Positions 1 to 13,271 of a stretch of DNA of 43,714 nt are shown in pieces. The notes under the pieces are model-generated. The model saw only the letters and a program-made list of their open reading frames with translations, made no database searches and was not told the origin of the DNA. How positions within the stretch are numbered: the first letter of the stretch is position 1; the number at the start of each line of letters is the position of its first letter. Made by a program: the position numbers and the translations under genes. The stretch comes from Hyphochytrium catenoides (lineage: Eukaryota; Protista; Hyphochytriomycota), in NCBI GenBank assembly GCA_900088475.1, contig FLMG01003442.1:1-43714 (forward strand). Direction: 5' to 3'.

Positions 1-1
1 A

Positions 2-190
2 TTGTATTTTCCCCCTTCGCCTGTGTTCTCCATGGCTTCATATCAACCCTTATTGGCAGCTACTTCCTCCTCGTCGCCCGCGGCGAGCGTAAGTGAAGGC
101 CATCCAGGTATCGGAAATAACGTTTCTACTGAAGACGTGAAGTCAACTTTGAAGAGTGAGCGTACTTCTCAGGAAAATGAGAAGGGCTAA
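2..190 (+). CDS. Possible 3' end of a gene running in from the left edge (unknown product)
   Basis: Open frame from the window edge to TAA at 188-190. The translation is low-complexity and S/E/K-rich, with no recognisable domain. Confidence 0.2.
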   Translation: MYFPPSPVFSMASYQPLLAATSSSSPAASVSEGHPGIGNNVSTEDVKSTLKSERTSQENEKG

Positions 191-790
191 GGATCATGTA
201 TATGGGTCAGGCTTACATTTAGCGATATGTGCCTTTGGGTTACAAGCTGAATCGAGGAGCGGGATCAACGTGGTGAACTCTCTATTGTCTAATAGCATTA
301 GCACTGCTGACAAACGTTCAATAACTTGTACACCACAGATATTCAGGCGTGTGCTACCTCACAACTCGGGCACTCTTCCTTAGCATGTCCATAGCGTTCA
401 CACATATTTTCCTCAGAGACAACGCTGATACAGTTCTATGAGTTCAATGCATGACACCGCTACGGGACGACGAAAGCTCCATCAATAAGTTCCACTGCTA
501 TGGCAGACCTATCCGCAACTATTGCGCTCATACACTGAAGATTTAGCAGTGTATTGCTGACTGAGAGAAAGATGATTTTATGATGGATCCTTGATGTTGA
601 CTCAGTGAAGCCACTGGCGTCTACTCTACCTGCTGACTCATCCGTTACAGAGGCCGCTAACGGCAAGTCATTCTCCTTTCTCCTCTCCTCTCTCTTGCCC
701 TGTCTCTTCCCGTCACCGATCTGCCACCCTCCCTCACAGCTCACTTGGTTTCCGTCTCGCGCCCACCTTCCTTTTCTTTTCCTCTTTTCT

Positions 791-813
791 CCTCTCTTTT
801 CTCTCTTTCTCTC

Positions 814-863
<50 letters not shown>
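791..863 (+). repeat. Imperfect (CT)n microsatellite in a pyrimidine-rich tract
   Basis: Long CTCTCT run with a few interruptions. It explains the spurious ER/LS-repeat ORFs at 460-981, 605-928 and 745-939. Confidence 0.9.
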
Positions 864-1544
864 CACGTCCCTGTCTCTTTTCTTCCTTGAACTCTATCCT
901 CCTGATCTGTCTCGAACGCCCATCTTGAGCCTCTCTTAACTCACCACACACCCAGGCTATTGAGGTGAGTAAACGCCACAAAGTACGGTTGGCCTTAGGG
1001 CCTGAGCTCGTGCTTGATGAATGTCTTTATCTAGTGTGCGAAGCCTCTCATCTCTCCCTCTACACAATCCCCTTACTTTTCTGGACGCTCACTTGCCTCG
1101 TCTTTATTGCCCTTCACTGGGTGATGCTGTCCCTTCCGATCGTGTTAGTGCGATGGCAAGGGCTTTCTTCACACTTTATGGAACTATAGTGGTAGTTCTC
1201 TCCTCTTGGTGTCTCCTTATCCTGCATTCGTCTCGTCTCTCTCTGGTGGACGCATAGCTCTGGCCGAACCTCTGTTCGTCCTAATATCACTGCCCACCCT
1301 TGCCGCTCTCTTTCTATTCTTATTTGTCTATCATTCCTGTCAAGCAGAGGACGGCTATCACCGGACTCATCCGACTTCAGGATAGGATTAATATGTCGGT
1401 CCTTTGATCGCTTGTCTCCTGAGCTATCTAGAGGAAAGTGTACAAAGCGAATAGGGGTTCGTCCTCAGATCGGACAGCGAGAAGGCCGAGTGATTGGGCT
1501 CTTAACCTTGTCATTCCGAAATGCAGTAAAACTGACTAATAGAG

Positions 1545-3598
1545 ATGATGTCTCCTAAAGCTAATAGCAGCGTTAAGACGCCCAAAAGTGCAGGTAAATG
1601 TTCTTGTGACCATTGACTGCTTAGTGGCATGCGACATTCGTCCTCTTACTATCCTGCCGCGGTCGCTCCGTGTTCTTCTTCTCTGTGCTGCGTCAGGCAT
1701 ACGTCGCTCTCTAAGTGTAGATGACGCTCCTGCCTATCCAAGGGCACGGACAGCGCCATCGTCCAACGAGAGGCTACGGCGACCTCAGACAGCCTCTGCA
1801 GTCTCAGATCGACAGCCAGCAAGGATCGACTCCAGGGTTAGAGCTTCATCTGTTTGCTTATTATCGTCCTTTCTGCTCTCCTGCCCTCATACCTAAGTCG
1901 TATGGCCACAGCTTGTTCCACTCTCTTGCTCTGAACACTGCTTCCTTTCTGGAAAGTGCTGTCATTGTGTCCGAGTATGCTCGTCCCCTTACTTTCCTAT
2001 CTAGTTCGTCTTTCATTACCTACAAGACCGATCTTGGCAGTACGCAGTTACGCTGCTCGAAATGGTTATTTTGCTATGTTCTCTGTCACGTCCTTGAGAC
2101 TCTGTACCACTTTTCCAAAGCTCATGCGTCGTAGCAGGAGGATCTACCTTGGAGGCGCATATATAAAGCTCCTTCTCCAAGCCCGCAGTACCAAAAAATA
2201 ATCAAGGACTTTACAGCTGAGAAGCTTCAGGAAGACCGGCGGCAATGGCTAAAGCGCCACGCGAAAGAGGGCGAGTTCCAGTTTACGAAGAGCCAGCGGG
2301 CAGCACTTAAACAATGGTTCGACCAGCTAGATCGTGATGGAAGCGGTGAAATTGATGTTAATGTAAGGAAAGAGCGGCCAGAAGACAGGATGAGAACTTA
2401 GCTGTAATGAAAGAAGGGATGAGACAGCAAGGTTTAAATACAGCCAGAGCTCCCCTACGCACCGGCCATCAGATGAGAACACTTAGCTAGATAAACGACA
2501 TAGAAGTGCTCTGGGTCTCTGGAATTAGGGGACGGCGGACTTTCCTGAATGGGTGTAAGAAGGGACTCTTCCGACCACCTTCCTGTCACTGGTGCGTCTT
2601 GTAGTCTGACGTCAGTGTTCTTCCCCCTTTTATCTTTCATTCTTGGTTCTTTCCCGTCCCTTCGTTATGTCAGGAGCTGGAGCACCCGCTAATATCCCAA
2701 GGTATCGCTAACTCTCGGGAAGATGTGCTTCGAATTGTCAGCCGTGTGGACGCAGGTTGGTCAAGCTGTCGCCTCTAACTGGAAACGCTAGAAGTCCCAT
2801 TCCTCTCAACACTCTTTGCAATCCGGTGGTCGGTCTTTATCGCCTCCTACTCATGCCACCCTCACGCTTTTGAAAACATTACACTCGACAATGTGCCCTC
2901 CACAGATGGCAGTGGACAAATTGACTTTGACGAATTTTTGGAGGTCTTAAAGCCTAGATCGTCATCAGATGCTGAAGAGGAAGCCTCCCGAGTAGGCGCC
3001 ATTCACCAGCTCGAGCAGAACATGAAGGTAAGGCACTGAGGAAGCGTCGCAGGTTCTCCCACCCCCATTAGACCCTGCTCTTACTCTCTCAGTCCAACCT
3101 CAGCGTTTGATGACTCTCATTGGTATCCTCAGATCTCAATGCCGAACTTTTGCTTGAGTCCATGGCTCGGGTTCCGATAGTAATCTGTCTCCCGCATTCC
3201 CATCAGTGCGACAGTGCCAAAGAGTGGCTCACTCCTTCTATGCCACATTGACTCCTCACACTTCTTCCTCTTCGTAGTTATCCCAGAAGTCCTGTTTGTC
3301 AATGAATACCGTCAATGCTCAGCAGAGGAGAAAGATACTCTTGTCCAGCATTATGGAGGAATGCTCTGCCTCGAACTTGGAAGAGAGGAGACGACGGATC
3401 TCGTTAGAAGAGCAGGCTGCCCTTGCTCACATCAGAGTGAAGGATAGGGACGCTCGGGCAGGATTCCGAAGGCAACGGATGGACTTAGACAGAACCAAAC
3501 GAGTTGCCGAGAAGAGAATTCAGGCTATCAAAACAGTGCTAGACTATGAATTGAAGACCCTCTCAAGTGAAAAAGTCATGGAAATAGAAGAGACCTAG
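1545..3598 (+). CDS. EF-hand calcium-binding protein (spliced, two EF-hands plus a charged helical C-terminus)
   Basis: Manually joined GT-AG exons give LKQWFDQLDRDGSGEIDVN|ELEHPL...VSRVDA|DGSGQIDFDEFLEVL, i.e. two canonical EF-hand loops. The last exon matches ORF 3296-3598. The 5' exons (ATG 1545, MMSPKANSS...RPQTAS) are less certain. Confidence 0.75.
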
Positions 3599-3961
3599 TG
3601 GAGCAAAGACCGCATCAAGTAGGCGCGTCCTTCTATAGAGGGCATCGACAGAGCCCTTGGTTTGTGCTCTAGGCGCCTCAACCAAGAACGACGGCGAGCT
3701 TCTTCTCACTGTAGGACAGAAGAACCAACATCCGTGAATGTGCTCCTGTCAGAGCAGTTACCTCACCCAGAGTTGAGGGTGTTGCTTGTAAGTAGATCAC
3801 CCCTGGAGACTGGGCTCCGAGCTAGGATCATCGAAAACCTCAGGGTCTGGCCGTACAGGGAGGGTGGAAATTACCCATAAAATAGAGAACTTGAAGTCTA
3901 CTAATAAAATAGATAGGGCTTACAACGTTATCAGCAAATCAGCAAAGTCTATTTTGTCCAG

Positions 3962-6900
3962 TCAGTTCGATTGAACAGCCACATGCGGATGTCTGACCAG
4001 AGCTTGTAGGCTTTCTGACGACCCCAGAAGGTCTTGAGCTAAAGCGGGCGCCAGAGCTTTTGGAGGAAGTATTCCAAGCGCTACTTTTGACATAAGGAGA
4101 GATATATCGACGAACTCTCTCATCTTCAGCAGGCTTGTTTCCTCTTGTTGGCTTGCCGCCCATAGTGCTGAGAAGGCATTCAGAATGTGGGATTCTATCT
4201 CTTGAGGACCAAGCGCGCCTTTTGAGCTAAGAGCGAGCTTTGTGAGAGACACAATGAACCTCAGCTCACTCTTCTCCTTCTCCATCAAAACTCCGGTATC
4301 CCGAGCATTTCCTGTAGACCGTACAAAAGCGGATCTCCTTGTTTGCAGCGCTGACTCGTGCGCACTTCTTAGCGCCGCGGCCTGGGTCATAGCAGCGTTA
4401 GCAGCAACATAGCACGAAAATGGATAGGATCCGTAAGTATTCCTACCTTGTGTAGAAGAGGCGCTGGCTCACAAGTACTGACGGCATTTACTGGAAATGA
4501 CTCCAGGACGCCAGTTGCCCAGTTATAGAACCGGCAAATGTGTATTGCTGGTGCAGACCGTGCACCCTTAAGCTCCCTAGCTTCCTTCTCAGCTTCTGAA
4601 TTCGCATTCATTAGTTCTCTTAGAGTAGAAAGCACCCAGCGTAGGAGCTTGTTGAGCTTGCGGTATCCGTCTTTTTGTCCAGCATGACAATAAGGATTCG
4701 ACCCAATGATGTCCACACAGTGCCACTTTAGCTCCGTTCTGTGGTCTGGATGGCTCTCACCGTATCCATCCACCCACTCCGTAAGTCTTAGAAGAGCAGC
4801 TGGCGGGAGAGAGCCGCTGGACAAGACAGATGATGCAGCATTTCTCCTGGAGACCAATGCCGACAGCTGCGGTGAAACGATTAAAATGCATTGATGGAGA
4901 ACCCATACGGGAAAGTTACTCCAAAGGCAGCACAACACCAAATCAGAAGAATCGGGCACATATGAGGGAAGGATTAGAGAGGCAAAAGTTCAAGCAAAAA
5001 CGTGGGCCGCTGGGTCGCCAGCAGGTTTAACAGACCTGGCCAAGACGCCTGAGAACTGCAAGGAGCGACTCTGCACCATTCTGCTGCGCTGTTTCTGCCA
5101 ATAGACCAGTCAGTAGGCTACCTAGGGCGACCTTTAAGGATNNNNNNNNNNNNNNNNNNNNNNNNNNNNNNNNNNNNNNNNNNNNNNNNNNNNNNNNNNN
5201 NGAGTGATGAGACTTAGCCATGGGGAGGCAGTGTAAGGAAGGGTAACAAGGGGACAGACCGATGTCGACACGCCAGGCAAAGCAGAGTCAGGACGAAGTA
5301 AATTTTGGCAATAACTACCATGTAGGTCAGCGACTGATTAAAAAGGATCGGAGGGGGTTTGGCTAAGAATTGTGAAGGGTTCTCAGTCCAAACCATCTCA
5401 CTAACTTGACTTTGGCGTCCAGTCTTACGCACCTTGAGAATGATTTCGGCGAGGCCTAATGCTGATAGGAGGAGTTGTTTATCCTCTTGTTCGTTGGTGG
5501 CTGCTGAGATGAGGAGACACAGCCAAGCCATTATGCCCTGTGCCTGTACCAAGCGCCGGCATACGGCAGGAATCTGTGCCGCCCTGCTCAGGACCTTGAA
5601 GGTCGCACCAATTGATAAAGAGTCCGCCACCGAGGACTGGATGACAGGGAAGGAGCTACAGCTTAGGCTATCCTGATGAGTATAGGGATCGAAAAGAATC
5701 TAACAAGTGGTTCCATGGCCTTCGTGGCAAGCATATCAGCCAGAATCGGACGGATCAGAGACGGCTAGAACTTCCAACAAGATAGAGGCACAAGGGAATA
5801 GGGACGCAGAGGCAGCGTGAAGCCTAAGCCTACCTGCACGAAGGCCATCAAAATATTCACCACCTTCCTTCTTTGAAGAAGGTTGTAGTCTTGCAAAGAC
5901 AGGAGCCCTCGCTCGGTTACCCGAAGGAGCCAGAGTCTTTCGGCTCTCTGTGAACTGCCTCCGCCGTAGAATAGGGCGTAAAATAGTGGGACATCCGCTA
6001 AATCTAAGGCAGGCCGTGCTAGCAAGAAGTTGTTGACAGGAATATAAAGCGGCTCTCCGGGATGTAAAAGGACCTGAATGCATAAGGTTGGTCAGGCCTA
6101 GTGTGACACGGGACGGTCCGTCAAATAACAAAGAAAAGCTCTCTTAACAAAATTGACCAAGATATTGGCCAAACCAAGATAGAGGTACGTGGGATAGCAA
6201 AGAATGAGTTCATCAGGCGGAAGATATGACCCCAGAGCTCAACGTGAAAGCCAAGGAGAATGATAGTGATACTCACCGCGATCGCGCTGCGGACGAAAGC
6301 ACAGATGGCAGGCCGAACTCTCTGCAGCTTGACCGTGAGTCCGTTCCTTAACGCCTCCAAAAGCACCAGCAGCTGCGGCCGTTCTCTCAGCTCTGTCCCC
6401 ACCGTATTTTTTTGCTCCATTTCATCTGCCCCTCCCAGCCTTTGGTGGACCACTGCTACCACTGAGTATGCAAGCCTGCGGACATCGATGCTAGCAGAGC
6501 TCAGGCCATAAACAGCAAGGGAGAAGAGCCCACTTTCAAAAAAGCGACGCAGAGGGAAGAAGGGCTTCTGGACCGCCTCGAGGATAGGCAGGAGGAAAGT
6601 ACTGGGGTCATAAATGTTACAGAGCTCATCATCCTCATATCTAAGATACTGCTGATCAAAAACTTCGCCGCTCTCCTCTTGCTCCTTATCAACTTGAACT
6701 TCTGGATGATCGCCGTCTTCCTCCTCAACGTCGGTTTCCTCTGGATTTAACTGGTCCTCTGCATCTATCAGGTCATTTGCGGCCTTGCCTTCCGAGAGCT
6801 TTTCCTCTGCTAAAACACTGCCTTCATCTTGGAGATCTCCCTCTTCCTCCTTCTCCATCCACTTACCCTCAGGTCCAAGAGTAACAGGAAACTTGCTGAA

Positions 6901-9900
6901 TGTCTCACGGAGCTTCTGCGAGTCCACCAGTTTGAAGAGCCACTCGGAGAGGTCCAACAAAGGACTAGATGGATCTTCAGGTAGGAGCTGGGATGGAATA
7001 TTGTTAGCTGAAAGGCCGAGGCTGACGGTACGAGGAGAGTTTGAACAAAAGACAGGTAGTCTTTGTAACTTTAACGGTATCCGTGGAGAATCAGTGGAGG
7101 ACCAAAATCAGCTCTATAAGGCACAATGACGGAGCTACATAAGATTGGATAGCCTACTGGAGATTGGAAGCAGGCAAGACTTGGCTCACCGATCTACACT
7201 CAGCCCCGTGTAGGAAGGAGATAGCCTTCCACCGGCCTCCATGAGGATCTAGAACGCGAATAATTTGCTTCAATAGGAGATCCTCTGGAGAGGCACTGCC
7301 GCTATAAGCACCCACCATAGAAAAGAAGAATTGATCTTCCGACAACACTATGGATAACAGCTGAAGTCAGTCACAAACCCGCAAGGAAATGGAAGGCGAT
7401 CAGCTGCAACAAAGAGGACATGCTATTATCGGGATGTCGCTTCGAGAGTAAGTTGACCAATAGTTCAGAGTCACATGTAGCTAAGTCGAGATAGGTAACG
7501 GAGAACCGGTCACATTACGTTGGCAATTTTCCTTTTGTGCTCCCGTGCAGAGGACCAACAGCAGATGTAAAAACTCTCTCCTTGCGTTTCTCAATTCTTG
7601 GTCATTTCTGTCCGGAAGGTGAACGCCATAGAGCGATTGAAGGTACTGGGGCTGGGAAGACAGAAGCATTAGAAGCTCCGCCTGGGACGGGACGATCCCC
7701 AAAGGGTCAAAGGCTCCCTCATGCCCAAAGAGGAGGCCTAGGATGAGCCTAATCGCGCGTAGACATGCTTCTACCCGCAAATGATGCTTCAGACTGCAGA
7801 TGATGAACTTCTTTGCAGCAACTCGAATCAGCTTCCTCTCCATCTTTGACACCCCTGAATCCGCTAACACGATCTCCAGGCGGGAATGAAAAGCAGGAGA
7901 TGAGAGCAATTCCTCATGAAGAGAAAGAAGCTCTGCCAAGTCAGCACCATTTTCAGTATCCTTCCCAGCCCGCATGCGACTAGCGATAGCAGTATGTTGC
8001 TGGAACATCCTCACAGCCTGCCAAATAGGTAGCACCTTGACCTGGGAAATGAGAGGATTAGCCGCAGACGAAGAAATATTTGAGTTTAAACTCTCCGAAG
8101 CCTGGATAACTTGCTCTAGAACTTCGCATTGTGTCCTAGACCATGTGAAAGACTGCTCAGGAACTCGCGGTACGATAATCTTCTTTCCCTTCCCGCCCTT
8201 CTTTTCTTGGCCTCCCACTTCAAGGAAGTCTTCTAAGACGGCGGTCAGAAGCGAAACATTGAGGTAAGGTGATGCAAAGTCCAGAGTAGCGATAACCAAC
8301 GTCATTAAGCTGCCTAGGTGGCGTTGCTGACGATGATACGTCCCTGCGTCTTCGATTGATGCAGCCGGCTTCTGGAATAGGAGGGAGGAGCATTTGAGTA
8401 GAAGTGACGCAAGTTCTTCTGATTTGACTGAGGATGGGATAGAACCGCAACACGTCCAACAACAGTTCAGCCAAGAAAAGAGTTCGGTTGAGCCTGTCCT
8501 TAAGCAAAGCAAATGCAAAACGTCAGATGAGAGTCTGGCCCGATAGAATTGGGATCCTTGGACCATATTCCGCAAAATCGCTTTGAGTTGCTGCTGCATT
8601 CTCTTACCAAATGGTCTACCAATGCTTCCTTCGTCCAACTCTTGCCGTATTGCACTTAAACAGACCTCATAGAGCTCCACTGCTACAAAGTCAGGTCCGA
8701 CACAGATCCCTGAGGGGACTCCCGTCCTCTCAACAGCAGTAAGCACCACGACGAGAGCTTCCAACAGCTGAGGAGACGGTGAAGAAGCGGCAAAGTGGCA
8801 AAGCCAAGGAAAAGAACCGGGACTAGAGAACAATTTGACAGTTCTCTCCTCCTCCATCTGTGAAGTGACTATATCCAGGCACTTTGAAAGTATGAGCGAG
8901 ATAAAAGTACGGGGTAACCCTTCCAGGTCCATTTGATGGCAGTGCTCGGCTATAGAAGGAAAGAGAAGCTCTTTCTCGCTGTCAGGAAGACAAGCGACTA
9001 AGCGTGAGAAGGTCACTAGCTTCTCTTGCCGCACATTTGGGCTAAGAAGGGCGGGAAGAGAGAGAGAGTTTAGAACCTGAGCGCGGATCAAGGATTTGAG
9101 AGAAGGAGAAAACACTTCCTTATTGCAAGAACAGGAAGATAGAAGAGATGTAAAGGCTCTGACGATGAAATAGTGAGCTCTTTTTTGGGTCTGCGAGCTC
9201 CCATATACAAGCAACTCCCGAGCGGCATGATCCAGCAGTCTCATCTTGACACCGCATTCTTTAATATGCAAGACGGTCTGGATGAGAAGGTGCTGCCAGA
9301 TCTCGATCTTGTGCTCATCCATCTCCCGGTCTTCTTCATGCCCTTCTTTTCTACTAAACGTAGCGTCCAAAGCCCCCACTATTTCTTGCCCCAACAGAAG
9401 GAGGTCGTTGTCTTGATTCTGAAGAAAAACATCTGCCAAGAGTACAGAACGAAAGCGGGCATGGCTAAGCGACGCCGATAACGTTTGGTTAGTTTGGAAA
9501 TGATGCATAGCAGGAATGCGGCAGAGAACAGGTGTTTGGTGTCCAGCAGGACCGGTTCCAACGTCAGTGTGCTTCTTTCTTCTCTTCCCTTGAGCTCTCT
9601 CATCTGCAGCCAAGCTGGGAAAAAGATAGCTTTGCAAAGTCGCGGAATCTCCTATTGCTAGGTGGGAACAGCCAACAGAAGAGTCCTTCACTATTTCGTT
9701 CCCCATGGCGGCTTGATTACGAAGCGGATCAAGGCTCCTTGCGAGCAAGGAGTAAAGTTGAGCCTCTGGTTGGGATCTCGTGGTCCCGGATTCGCCCTGT
9801 TCAGCTACCTTTTGCCCACACTTGTCTACAAACTCAATCACAGCCTGTCGTCGGGTTGCCGAGTAGGTGTAAACCAGAGATAAGATGCAGGGGATAACAT

Positions 9901-12476
9901 AACCGCGAAAAGCGTCGGACGCTTCCTCCTCCAGCAGCTCTGATAGAGCTTGGAATTGACTTCTCATCTTACCAGAGTATATGGAGGGGCTTCTGAATAG
10001 TCCAGTAGCAGCGAGACACCAGACTATGAGGAAGAGATTGGGCAATTCCCTCGCGTCCTCATTCTCAGGTAGCAGCCTCTGCCCTGCCAGGCTGATTAGA
10101 ATTATGTCCTTAGCCAGCAAGCTGAGCGCTTGGACGAAAGCCACTAGATGTCGTGAGTCCAAGTTCTTCAGCCAAATTTGACAGTCAAGGGCTTCGTCCC
10201 TTTCATAAGTTGAAGGAAATGCACCTGTGGAGACCATCAGGTCCTTAAGCACTCCTTCCACGGACTCAGAAGTGACCCAAGCGTGCCCCGCCCCCTCGGC
10301 ACCCCTAGCTAGCAGATAGAGCTCCACCAGAACTTGTACCGGCGACTGCCCTGCACTTCTAGCGCTGGATCCAGTCAGTAACCAATCCAATCTCTCTGAA
10401 CCCAATGCCCTTAGGAGTTGCATTGCTGCTTCCAGTGTCGCTGGTGGCGCCGCTTTTCCAAGGGAAATGCTAAGAGGAATGAGCTTCCCTGGGTCCAGCC
10501 TGGCTTCGGTGACAGAGGAAGGCATCTCCTCGAAATAAAGTCGCAGGCAAACCAATAATCGCTGATAGAGAAGCTGGATCTGCCTATGACGCTCCCTAGA
10601 AGCACGATAAGAGAAAATTGACACGATAAGAGAGATTGACACCGAGGAGCACAGAATCAGACTTTGAGCGGAGAGAGAGCCTGGAGAATAGCCACGCACG
10701 TCGGCCATAAGAGCTTTCGGATCACACATAGACTTACCCTTCTTCGTTGGGCTCCTCATTAGCGATTGACAATTCCTGGACTAAGCGGTTCTGAAGTGCC
10801 ACTAGGATCTGGACTTCTGGCAACCTCTGCTTCAAAAATTGGCGTACGTCTTCCTGTAGCCGTATCTGACTCAGCAGCTCGCAATAACACCTTGCTCTTC
10901 TCAGCAGGTTTATGACTAGGTTGACCGTCACATAGACAATGTACCAGTTCTTCTGTTGCAGTCCTTTCCCGAGTTCCTTCTTGTTTACTTTACTAGGAAT
11001 AATGAAGTTGACCAAGGTGGCTTTATCTATCGTTTGAGGGTGCCCCTGGCCATCACCAGCTGACGGGTTGGAAGTCCTCAGCACAGCTGTTTGTGACTCA
11101 ATAGTCAACTCAGTACGTAGGAGGGTTTCAAACCAAGACACGTTCGCAAGCCACCGAGAAGAAACTTTTGGCTCGAGGGAATAGGGAAAGCTCTTAAGAT
11201 AGAGGAACAGGAGCCCTGGGAAGCGCTGAATAACAGCAACCGCAAGCCTCCGATGACTAAGTATCTCCTGAGGCCTCAGAGTCATGATAACCCTTAGCAG
11301 GACCTTGTCTTGATACTTGTTCTGGGCCCAAAGGCTAGACCCGGCGCCTGTTGCAGGCCTAAAGACAGAATGCTCGCTGTGACAACAAACTTGGTCAAGT
11401 AGGTTGTCTACCAGGTTCGCAATGTTGGGCTCGTCGGAACTTGCAGAAAGCCTTGCAAGGGCTTCTAGTACGTAGCTATTAAAGAATTCGCTTTTGAACT
11501 TGTACAGGAGCTGCTTGTTCTCCAGGACACTCCCTTGCAGCGTTGCTACTATACGGGAAATGACGCGGAACTCATCCTCCTCTAGGCCTTTTAGCACAGA
11601 GTCAAACAGTCCCTGAGGTTCCAGAAGCTCACGCTGGATCTCTGGCACTTTGGTCTCTAGTAACGTGCATATCAGCTCCACAAAGTTAGCCCTCACGTCT
11701 ACAGTGGCCTTCGGGTTGCTTTTCGACGGTCTGCGAAAGGGAAGCCGTTGTAGCGGCTTGTTTGCTGCAAACTCCAGATACTTGCGCTGTACATCTCTTG
11801 CAATGAGACGGCTCTGTAAGGCTAGGGCTGTCAATAAGCGTAGAGTTGCCTGTGCTAGGCTTGAGCTGGTCTCAGCGCCTTGAACTAGTTGCTTGTACAG
11901 ACCTGTAAGTCTTTCTTTCAGAATTCGCTTGCACCACGGAAACGCCGCCTTTCCTCGACATACACGAAGAATGACAGCAAAAATCTCCGTGTGGGTCGTC
12001 ATCAAGTTGACAGATTTAGCCCTTAGATCTGAGTCCCATAACTCGAACAATTCAGTCAACAATGGAGACTGCCGGATATATTCTTGAAGCAATCCCTTTG
12101 GGCCCTCCTCAGCATCGACCCTCTCGCTTCTCCCTCTTGGCGGGGTACTACTCGGTGGCTCTAGCTTGTCCTCCTCCAACTCCTGCTCTTCCTCCTCTCC
12201 ATCACCCTCTGAATCGGCGTCTTCAGAGGCGGCATCAGCATCGTCGTCAGTTTCGAGGTAATCCTCTTCCAAAGGCCTGTTCGATATGTCCACACTCTGG
12301 TCCTCCTGGCTCTGATGATCTCCTCCTTCTCTGGCATTCTCTTGCCAACTCTCAAGGCCGCGATCTACTTTGATCTCGTGGGTGTCTCGGATGAGCTTCA
12401 AAAACCTCACGAGGCCCTTTTCAACCACTTTGGGCTCCTCAGAGGTGAGGATAGACAACAACTCCTGAATGTCCAT
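3962..12476 (-). CDS. URB1: Nucleolar pre-ribosomal-associated protein 1 (URB1/Npa1), multi-exon
   Basis: Npa1-like N-terminal region (YIRQSPLLTELFELW, DVRANFVEL, YSLEPKVSSRWLAN) and C-terminal NopRA1 region (YDPSTFLLP...FFESGLFSLAVYGLSS...VRRLAY; LYIPVNNFLLARPALDLADVPLFY...ERLWLLR). ORFs 10734-12515, 7481-10759, 7154-7348, 6121-6960, 5765-6025, 5214-5630, 4387-4959 and 3962-4390 join through GT-AG introns (e.g. 10738-10596). The gene spans an N gap, and the 3' end is approximate. Confidence 0.85.
5142..5201. other. Assembly gap (run of N)
   Basis: 60 N inside the URB1 gene. Confidence 0.99.
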
Positions 12477-12780
12477 CCTGCCCTCTAGCAGGTCGGGGCA
12501 CTCCAATATTTCCACTGGGGAGGTGGCAGGACTCCGAGTTAGAGGCGGGGATCAAACGCTACCTACCAGCGGGCATCTTGTCTCAGAGAGACAGTGCAGC
12601 AACATGGCGCATGCCGCTCAGATAATGGGAGCAGATTGATAGAGCTTCCCGGACGTTCCCGGACGGGGCAGGATGTCTGTCTTATCATTCACCGTGGAAC
12701 TATTATGGGCGTCACGGATCAGAACGCATGATGAAGAGCTCCACCAAGGATGATGGATCGAAATGGTTGGCACGACCAGC

Positions 12781-12836
12781 TCCAAGGGGAGATCAGACTA
12801 ATCCGAGGGGAGATCAGGTTACTCCAAGGGGAGATC
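12781..12836 (+). repeat. 21-nt tandem repeat, about 2.7 copies (core TCCRAGGGGAGATC)
   Basis: tccaaggggagatcagactaa / tccgaggggagatcaggttac / tccaaggggagatc. Confidence 0.85.
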
Positions 12837-13271
12837 TCCACCCCGATGAGCTTGGCGTGTTCATGTGTAGCGATGGAAGAGACATTCTACCATCTCAAAC
12901 CATGAGAGAGCAGGTTCACTATCAGCAGCAAGCAATGAAGATGCAGCTAACACCTACCGCGAGCACACATATCTATGGAGTCTCACGTCTGTCTCATCGC
13001 AGTAGTAGGGGAGTCTTTTGTGGTCAGTCCACAGCATCTGTAGCTGATACTCATAAACTATGGAGTTGAGGGTAACTATCACTCCAGTGTCATCTAAGTG
13101 GGACTGAATCGGGTGTGAACATGAGGGGAAGCTCTCCCGCTAAGGGGCTAACTGTGAGACATTACCGAGCTCAGTCTTTGAAAGCCCAAACGAAGCTATA
13201 CGTGAGTGGATACAGCAACATATGGCGGAGAACCTTTTTCACGCTTTAGGAATATAGTTCTAGAGGTGGTT

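Noticed and set aside
460-981. ORFs with ER/LS dipeptide runs
   Set aside because: They are translations of the (CT)n microsatellite, not plausible proteins.
3123-3130. GTATCCTC within the EF-hand gene intron
   Set aside because: It is an imperfect U12 donor. The flanking exons already join through GTAAGG...TAG, and the candidate micro-exon contains a stop.
10734-10759. Overlap of two long URB1 ORFs suggesting a programmed frameshift
   Set aside because: A canonical GTAAGT...CTAG intron (10738-10596) in phase 2 explains it.
12781-12836. CRISPR-like repeat-spacer pattern
   Set aside because: The 14-nt repeats with 7-nt spacers are too short, the context is eukaryotic and there are no cas genes.
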